Of a stretch of 64,000 nucleotides of DNA, positions 57,565 through 64,000 are shown piece after piece. A program made the translations under genes and the position numbers. Source of the DNA: Epithemia pelagica (lineage: Eukaryota; Protista; Bacillariophyta); assembly GCA_946965045.2 (NCBI GenBank), contig OX337235.1, positions 3,720,001-3,784,000 on the forward strand. The letters are read 5' to 3'. Within the stretch, counting starts at the first letter, position 1; each line of letters opens with the position of its first letter. The notes beneath the pieces were generated by a model that was given only the letters and a program-made list of their open reading frames with translations, had not been told where the DNA came from and did not search any database.

Positions 57565-58183
57565 GGTGGCAATAGCTGTGTGATTGCTGTGGAGGGGCTA
57601 AGAACTAAGAATGTCCTAATGTACTGTGGGGACAATTACACCTAGTCAACGTAGATGAATTGTGAAATTTTGGTGAAACTGCAATGGGGGGTCTCAAATT
57701 GGCTCGTGTGAAATTCACAAAAATTTCACAGCCCACCTTGGCAACGTCAGGCCACGTCGGCCAGAAGTGTGAAATGTGTGAAATTTCACGCCGATAAGAC
57801 CGACCCTGAGGAGGCGCAACAAAACGCTCATTCTTTTTAAAATATAGAAGTAAATTGGTTTCCTTTTGTTGCCTGTACAGCACGATCGGTTGACTGGTTT
57901 CAACAGTCACCCTGCAATTTTCATCATGAGTCTTTCGAGTATAGTACTGTGCATCGTGGTGTCTCCCAGAACCCCAGCATGCCATGTCGTGGACAAAAAC
58001 TGTGGACCATTCGCAACATCTGGTTCTGGGTGTCTTTTACTCTCGAAGCACCGACAGGTTGAGATGGACAAGTATCTACCAAGTGAGGGAACCCATGATG
58101 CGGCGGAGCGACTGCTGGAAATTGATGGAACTTGAGAGATATGGACGAACACACAGACACAGACAGTCATTGTCGTAAACCAT

Positions 58184-58314
58184 ATCGGGATGATTCAATT
58201 CGACCGATGTACGAGACAAACTCCCTCCTCTTTCAAGTGGAGGCCAGTTCTCTTGATTCCATTCTTCTCTCTCGTCGAAAAGGACAAGACATGCTTTTGT
58301 TCTTGCAGTGTCAT
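58184..58314 (-). pseudogene. Relic 5' end of a Kelch gene (inverted copy of 2037-2167)
   Basis: ACLVLFDEREEWNQENWPPLE...NHPD. Confidence 0.7.
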
Positions 58315-58879
58315 GTGTGGTCATCTGCGACGTCGTGGTGTGCTGCTGTGATGTGTGGAGGTGAAGGGATGTCTGTATAGTGCGTACGGCTCGCACATAG
58401 ACTTCATGACACAATGACGGGGAGCACATTGTCGCGATGCTCTGTTTGCTGTCATCTCAAAAGCGACGAAGTATCAACACTCGCAGATGAGCAATCCAAA
58501 ACTGTTGGTTGTTGCCTCTTTTTCGAACAAAAAGGAGACGAGACGATGAGAGCAGATACTGTCGAAGCTGTCATCTCAAGTGTGGTGAATGGTGAAGTAT
58601 ATATACACAGACAGATGCACAATCCAACACTGTTGGTTGTTGCTACAATGACTAATACTACTATTCGGGCCTTTTCTTTGGATCGAGGCGCTCTACAGCA
58701 TCAACCAGCAACGAAACGAGAAAGACGAATTGCAACGACGCACAGCAAAGCTGAGGAACCGTCAGATTCTGCACCTTCCTCTTCTTTGTTCACATGATGT
58801 TCCATCCGTCCATGATGTTCATGTGAAAATGATCGGACAACGACAAGGCAGCAACACCAAGAGGAAGACAAACAAGTTC

Positions 58880-59230
58880 CCTTGGGAGGCTGTCAAGATC
58901 CGAAAATGGTCTCAAAGCGGTATCTCTGGCTTTGGTGAACGGAGCGTCAACGCCATAGCGACACTTTCGAGTCGCGAATTGCGATGTGGGGGGGCAATGG
59001 GATGATTCATTGGTTACGAGACTGCAGTGCAATTCCGAATAGCGGAACATTGACCAGGATATGAAACAGATTGCAAAAACAATGGCGACAAATGACGTTT
59101 GGCATACGTTCGATTAACTGAACAACGGCCAAGGACAGCTCGGCGCGAAGAGTATCGCTCAACTGATATACGCGTATCCCACGTGGGAATAGATTGAACC
59201 ATGTTCCTCTTCCCCCTTGCAACATGGCCC
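58880..59230 (+). pseudogene. Decayed LRR fragment (inverted copy of 1150-1500)
   Basis: Reverse complement match. Boundaries approximate. Confidence 0.45.
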
Positions 59231-59883
59231 CAACCTCTTGTTGGTAACAGACTGTGTGGTTTCAGCCACGAACAAGCAATGTCCTCAATCACGAGGGCAA
59301 CATGACTCGTTCTTCTCCACCAACCACCACAAAATAGTTCCAACACAGACTCTGTCATTGGGGACTTGTCGACCTCGACGTGTGGAACCTGCCTTTTAGT
59401 ATTGTCCTTCATGGCTCTCAATCATGGCACACAGTCCACAAAGATCATCATGGCTTCACCTTCTTGTCCTGTTCCTCCTGCTCTGCTAGAGAACATGTTG
59501 ATCTAACCGTTTTGTCTAGTGGGTCGCTCATTATCAACTACAAGGATAGCTGACCATGTCGCATGGGTCCGACTGTCACAAACGTCATGGCTTCAGAAGG
59601 AGATTCATGTGCGGTCATATGCAATGTAACATGCAAGGAGTTGCTCTTTGATCTCCATCTACTGTAATGTCTTTTTCCGGCAGAGCAAGCCACTCCAGTC
59701 TAGGTATAGAGATTGAAAAGTATTTCATTAACTTACATGATTCACAACGTAATTAAGTATTGGCACGATCCCCTCTTTTGTACGAGAGTATAATGACCAC
59801 CTGAGATAGTTTCCGGGCTCATGGTTGTGCAACCTGTTGTACATTTCAACTGATATCCTCCCCTCTATCACAATCACAATAAT

Positions 59884-60885
59884 CTAAGTCCTCAATCGTT
59901 TAAGAGTCGACGACGAGATGGTCCAGGATGTTACATTGACGTCTCCGTTCCCCGATCTTTCATGACACTGATACCGTACATTCCGAGGCTGCTCACAGAG
60001 TCGACGGAAACACCACGTATTCCTGTCGACTAATGATAATGTCGCACAGGAAGGATTGTCCATTCCCCCAATCAGGGCAACTTGATTGCCAACAGTCACC
60101 ATACTGCCGTCTTCATGGCGATTTTCGAATGGTGGGAGATTCCACATGTGGTTGCGCTTCGTATCCAAGACTTCCACGGTTCGATTGTTTTCCGCCACCA
60201 CCAGACAAGATCCAACGGCAACCACTGCACAAGAATATCGTGGGTTGGAAAGTACCAGATCAGAGTGAGTCGTCCAGCTAGACAAGAAGGAAATGGATGT
60301 AGACAGAGAGTCGTTTCTCTCCTCATTGTAGCAGGGCTTTGCAAAGTCCAAAGTCTCCACCGAGTCAAGTTCGCCGTCCTCGTTGCAGCCTCCAACAACA
60401 AAGATGCGGTGACCAATGACCGCACTGGCACACCATACTCGTGGAACAGTCATGCCTGGTCCCGAAATCACAGTATGGTTGCTGGTGTCAATAATATCCA
60501 CCGAAGACAATCTCTCTAGGTTGCGTCCACCCATTTCCACGATATACCGATTGTGAACCGCAACGGCACAACATCCCCATCGTTCCGTTGATAACCTAGT
60601 AGTCAATGTCGTCCAATGATTCTTTTTTGAGGTGCTTGATGTTGTTAAAGATGATTGTACCAAATCAATAACATCAATCCGCTCGATACAATCCAACAAC
60701 GAACAGTAGTTATTGCGTCCTCCCATCACGTAGATGCCTCCATTACACACAACAGCAGCATGTCTTTCACGTTTCTGGTTCAAAGGCGGTCCTTCTCGCC
60801 ACTGCTTGTTTGATTCTGCCAAATTCAATAACAAAACAGAGTTGACAAAGCCTTTGTGTTGTTGTCTTCCTCCCAACACCACGAC
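59884..60885 (-). pseudogene. Kelch gene, 3' part, cut by copia B2
   Basis: TVVVLGGRQQHKG...KRLRT* abuts the LTR at 60886. A 1-nt deletion near 59888 shortens the C-tail relative to 3-551. Confidence 0.88.
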
Positions 60886-61381
60886 TGTTCGAATATTGTA
60901 CATGCGGGCATATGTAACTGATGGGGACCTTGGGGGACCGCAGACGCAAACCTCATGACTCCATTAGGCCCAACGCATCATCGAACCGCCTTTCACAAAA
61001 TGCAAAACGACGGACGATAGATCCAGGCGACGATGCCTATGTAACGATCGACAATGCCTATGTAACGATTGTCGTTCTTAAGGACGGGATCCCATGACCA
61101 TTGTCATAACGGTCCATGGCCCTAAGTGAATCAGAAGATACTTAGAGGCAGCGATATCCCACGAACGGTGGCAGGCCCGTCCATAACACATCTCGTCGCC
61201 CAAGTTGGTGACATAACGTCTCCACCAACGATTCAACGCATCGATGACAGTAGGGAACGGAGACGTAGTACCTAACACCGTAGACACACAATTTTGCAAC
61301 AAGAGTCCTTTTCTTTACTCGCTAGTAAGGAAAACAACACGCTTCCTCTGCGCTTTAGACAGCACACGTCCATCGTCTGCC

Positions 61382-62623
61382 ATGGCTTTCGCAATCTCTC
61401 CCGCTAACGCACACGCGAACAACATCGTGAACTTTGCAACGGCAGCTGGAGCAAAGCTCTACAAGCAGGCAACGACTGGACTCTTTGACGGTGGTGATCT
61501 CTACGATCTCCACGCGGAAAGGCTGAAGACGTTTCTCGACTCATTCCAAGATCGGATCGTCGAACAGTCTTGGACCAGCACCTTTTCCATTCCCGAACAC
61601 ATTGTGGTTCCTCCAGCGGCTGGACCAGCACCGCCACCAGCACCTACGCATCTCTTGACTCAAGCCTACGGTCGCGTCTCGCTCGCCCAGGTTCGCACCT
61701 ACGTCGATAGTTTCATCGGACAGAACAGGATTTCTCAGAATTCCTATATGTCCTACATGTGTTTGATGGCGTCGCTCAACGAAGATGCGAAGGCGCAAGT
61801 AAATCTACGACGCGAAGACTTTATTATCGACGACGTTGGCAGTGGTCCACTCCTTCTCAAAGTGATCATTTCCCTCGCGTATGTGGATACCGAGGCGACC
61901 GTGATGGTACTTCGCCAGCGCTTGTCCGATCTGCATATTCATATTGCAGACTTCAACGGTGACATCATCAAGTTCAACTCCTATGTGAAGGCTACTCTTC
62001 AAGGTTTGCATGCCCGCGGTGAACGAACGCTGGACTTACTCCCTAACCTTTTCAAAGCTTATGAGACTGTGAGTGATGAGAACTTCTTGGAGATGATCCG
62101 TTGTCGAAAGAACGCATACGAAGAAGGAGATTCTCCGAATCTCTCGGCGACGCAACTCATGGATTGGGCCCGTCTCAAGTACCAAGGCCTGGTAGAAGCG
62201 AAGAAATGGCAGGCTCTGTCCGAACGTGACCAGAAGATTATTGCCCTTGAGGCCAAAGTCAAGAAGATGGAGAAAGGAAAAACAGCCCCGCTGTCCACGA
62301 CCAAGGGATCCAAACAGGGCAAGCAAAAGACCAAAGAATCAGCAAAAGAATCGTGGCTCACCATTGGGCCACATGAGGGAGGCCCAGAAGTAAAAGAAGT
62401 CAACGGAAAAATGTACTATTGGTGTAAGTGGCATGAAAAATGGTCACTCAACAAGAAACACACTTCCGACACGTGCAACGGACGGGGCTTAACCGGCGAG
62501 AAAAAGAAGGCCTATGATCTAGCTCATGCCGAGAAGAACAATGATGGTACAACTCCTGCCCTTCGCCTCGCGAGTGCTCTAGCTGATCTACCGGCCCAAG
62601 AAGAATCTTCTGACGAAGAGTGA
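61382..62623 (+). CDS. gag: gag of copia B2 (413 aa, intact)
   Basis: MAFAISPANAHANN...QEESSDEE* with no frameshift. Confidence 0.9.
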   Translation: MAFAISPANAHANNIVNFATAAGAKLYKQATTGLFDGGDLYDLHAERLKTFLDSFQDRIVEQSWTSTFSIPEHIVVPPAAGPAPPPAPTHLLTQAYGRVSLAQVRTYVDSFIGQNRISQNSYMSYMCLMASLNEDAKAQVNLRREDFIIDDVGSGPLLLKVIISLAYVDTEATVMVLRQRLSDLHIHIADFNGDIIKFNSYVKATLQGLHARGERTLDLLPNLFKAYETVSDENFLEMIRCRKNAYEEGDSPNLSATQLMDWARLKYQGLVEAKKWQALSERDQKIIALEAKVKKMEKGKTAPLSTTKGSKQGKQKTKESAKESWLTIGPHEGGPEVKEVNGKMYYWCKWHEKWSLNKKHTSDTCNGRGLTGEKKKAYDLAHAEKNNDGTTPALRLASALADLPAQEESSDEE

Positions 62624-64000
62624 CAACGAGACCCGAGGTCATTCCTCGGGCTGTTCTACAAGACGGTCGAGCAGCTCATCTATATATTACTAGTGACAAC
62701 AATCCTCTACATGTCTGTCCTAGTATATAGTGATGATGATGCTAGGTCGGCTAACCCTTCCCAAGATGACAAGACGAGTCTGCGGCCTAAGCTATGGTTT
62801 CTAACACCAACATGCAATAGCAGCAGGATACGACGACAAACAAAGAAACCAAGATGGAATAGACAAACAATGCGAATGTTATGCATGGCAACAATACTCG
62901 CAGCTCCGATAACAGGCAAACCAGCCGCAGCACATCAAGTCAAGTTCGACTCCGATAGCCAGCCCGTGTTTGTTGACAACTGTGCAACATCGTCTATCAC
63001 AAACGATATCACCGACTGCATAACAGCAATCCAGCCCGTAAGAAGAAAGATCAAGGGCATTGCAGGATTGTTCAAAACGGAAATCTACTCCACGACGATC
63101 AAGTGGCACTTCGAAGACGACAACGGTGCCATCCATATATTTGTCCTGCCTCGATCATTCCACATACCATCGACCTCCAACAGACTTTTCTCTCCCCAAC
63201 ACTGGGCACAAGTAGCCAAAGACCACAAGCCGAATCCAGATGGCACTCGCTGCATCACCACAGCTGACAACATCATTCTCGAATGGAACCAACGCGAATC
63301 TACGAGAACCATCCCACTCAATCGAAGAGGGACGAACGTGGGACAGCTGTACACTGCAAACGGTATGCTCAAGTTCCATGCTTTCTGCTGCACAGTACAT
63401 GCGACACCGGAGGAAGAAGATGAGAATCCACCGATCGTTAGTCATGCGAATCTGATCGAGGATGACGAAAGCATCAACGAGAACTCACCAAGCGCCCAGA
63501 TCGAACAAGATTCCAACGATGTAGAATTTGACATGGATGACGAGCACAACAAACAGTATTTTCCACAACGGGATCAGCCCATCACCACGGATTTTCTCTT
63601 CGAAGATGAAAAAGTGGTACATGTGATTCCCAATGAAGAAGAAGTGCCAATCGAAAACCCGACGGTTGAACTCCTACGCGTTCATCATCGTCTCGGCCAT
63701 CTGTCATTTGCTAAGATTCAAGAAATGGCACGACGAGGTGAATCGCCCAAGCGACTCGGTTCATGCGCTGTTCCAGCATGTACAGCCTGTATGTACGGGA
63801 AAGCGACGAAGAAACCATGGCGAGTGAAAGGTACAAGGGGTACACTGGATGTTATGACTCGTCCAGGCCAATGTGTATCGGTCGACCAACTCATATCGAC
63901 AACACCAGGATATATTGCCCACTTACGAGGTACTCCAACACGCGATAGATATCGGGTAGCGACTGTTTTCGTGGACCACTACTCTGGTATAGGGTACGTC
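62624..64000 (+). CDS. pol: pol of copia B2, partial, in frame with gag, no stop seen to the window end
   Basis: Colinear with 29700-31076 without indels. Confidence 0.85.

Larger units (their letters stand above)
54665..57806 (+). mobile_element. Autonomous-type PIF/Harbinger DNA transposon (3142 bp)
   Basis: About 40-bp TIRs GGGTCGGTCTTATCG..GTGAAATTTCAC, 3-bp TSD TGA, empty site in the 5' LTR (aaccTGAggagg), two convergent ORFs. Confidence 0.95.
48700..57905 (+). mobile_element. Ty1/copia LTR retrotransposon, family D, with Harbinger nested in the 3' LTR
   Basis: 5' LTR 48700-48932 (233 bp, TGTTG...CAACA). 3' LTR 54526-54664 plus 57810-57905. 5-bp TSD GTCAC (48695-48699, 57906-57910). 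Inserted in the upstream region of a Kelch gene. Confidence 0.95.
46137..60368 (-). repeat. Inverted duplicate of 1-5028, expanded by copia D and Harbinger
   Basis: Anchors: 1=60368, 551=59819, about 2440=57910/48699, 3088=48072, 4341=46820, 5028=46137. Confidence 0.9.
60886..64000 (+). mobile_element. Ty1/copia family B, copy 2 (runs off the window)
   Basis: 454-bp LTR 60886-61339, same PBS, gag, and pol colinear with copy 1 at constant offset 32924. Confidence 0.95.

Noticed and set aside
1-64000. rRNA, tRNA genes, telomeric repeats, prokaryotic operon or defence-system signatures
   Set aside because: None recognisable; all identifiable content is eukaryotic genes and transposons.

Overview
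Eukaryotic, TE-rich locus (about half of the window is transposon). The copia lineages and gene families point to a pennate-diatom-like genome, which is an inference. The host scaffold is an array of single-exon, stand-alone Kelch beta-propeller genes: 6 copies on + in 1-34878 and 2 copies on - in 46820-60885. Several repeat units also carry a decayed antisense LRR gene and a relic Kelch 5' end. The segment 1-5028 recurs inverted at 46137-60368. Also present are a disrupted HTTM-domain gene and a Crinkler-type N-terminal domain fused to a trypsin-fold protease with Cys at the nucleophile position. Mobile elements are four Ty1/copia families (A 19360-26453, B 27963-34179 plus a second copy from 60886, C 38030-44626, D 48700-57905), an intact-looking PIF/Harbinger nested in the 3' LTR of D, a Harbinger-type MITE and a long-TIR Mutator-like element. 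Four signals stand out. (1) Two unrelated copia families share gag-TGA-hairpin-(in-frame hydrophobic segment)-pol, suggesting programmed readthrough to a membrane-anchored Gag-Pol. (2) Family B has a PBS matching the D-arm of initiator tRNA-Met and a 6-bp TSD, and both of its copies sit in Kelch coding sequence. (3) Family D has an extra upstream ORF whose frame ends in an ATGA stop/start overlap with gag. (4) Family C has a chromodomain-like module after integrase. All comparisons were made by eye; no database searches were run.
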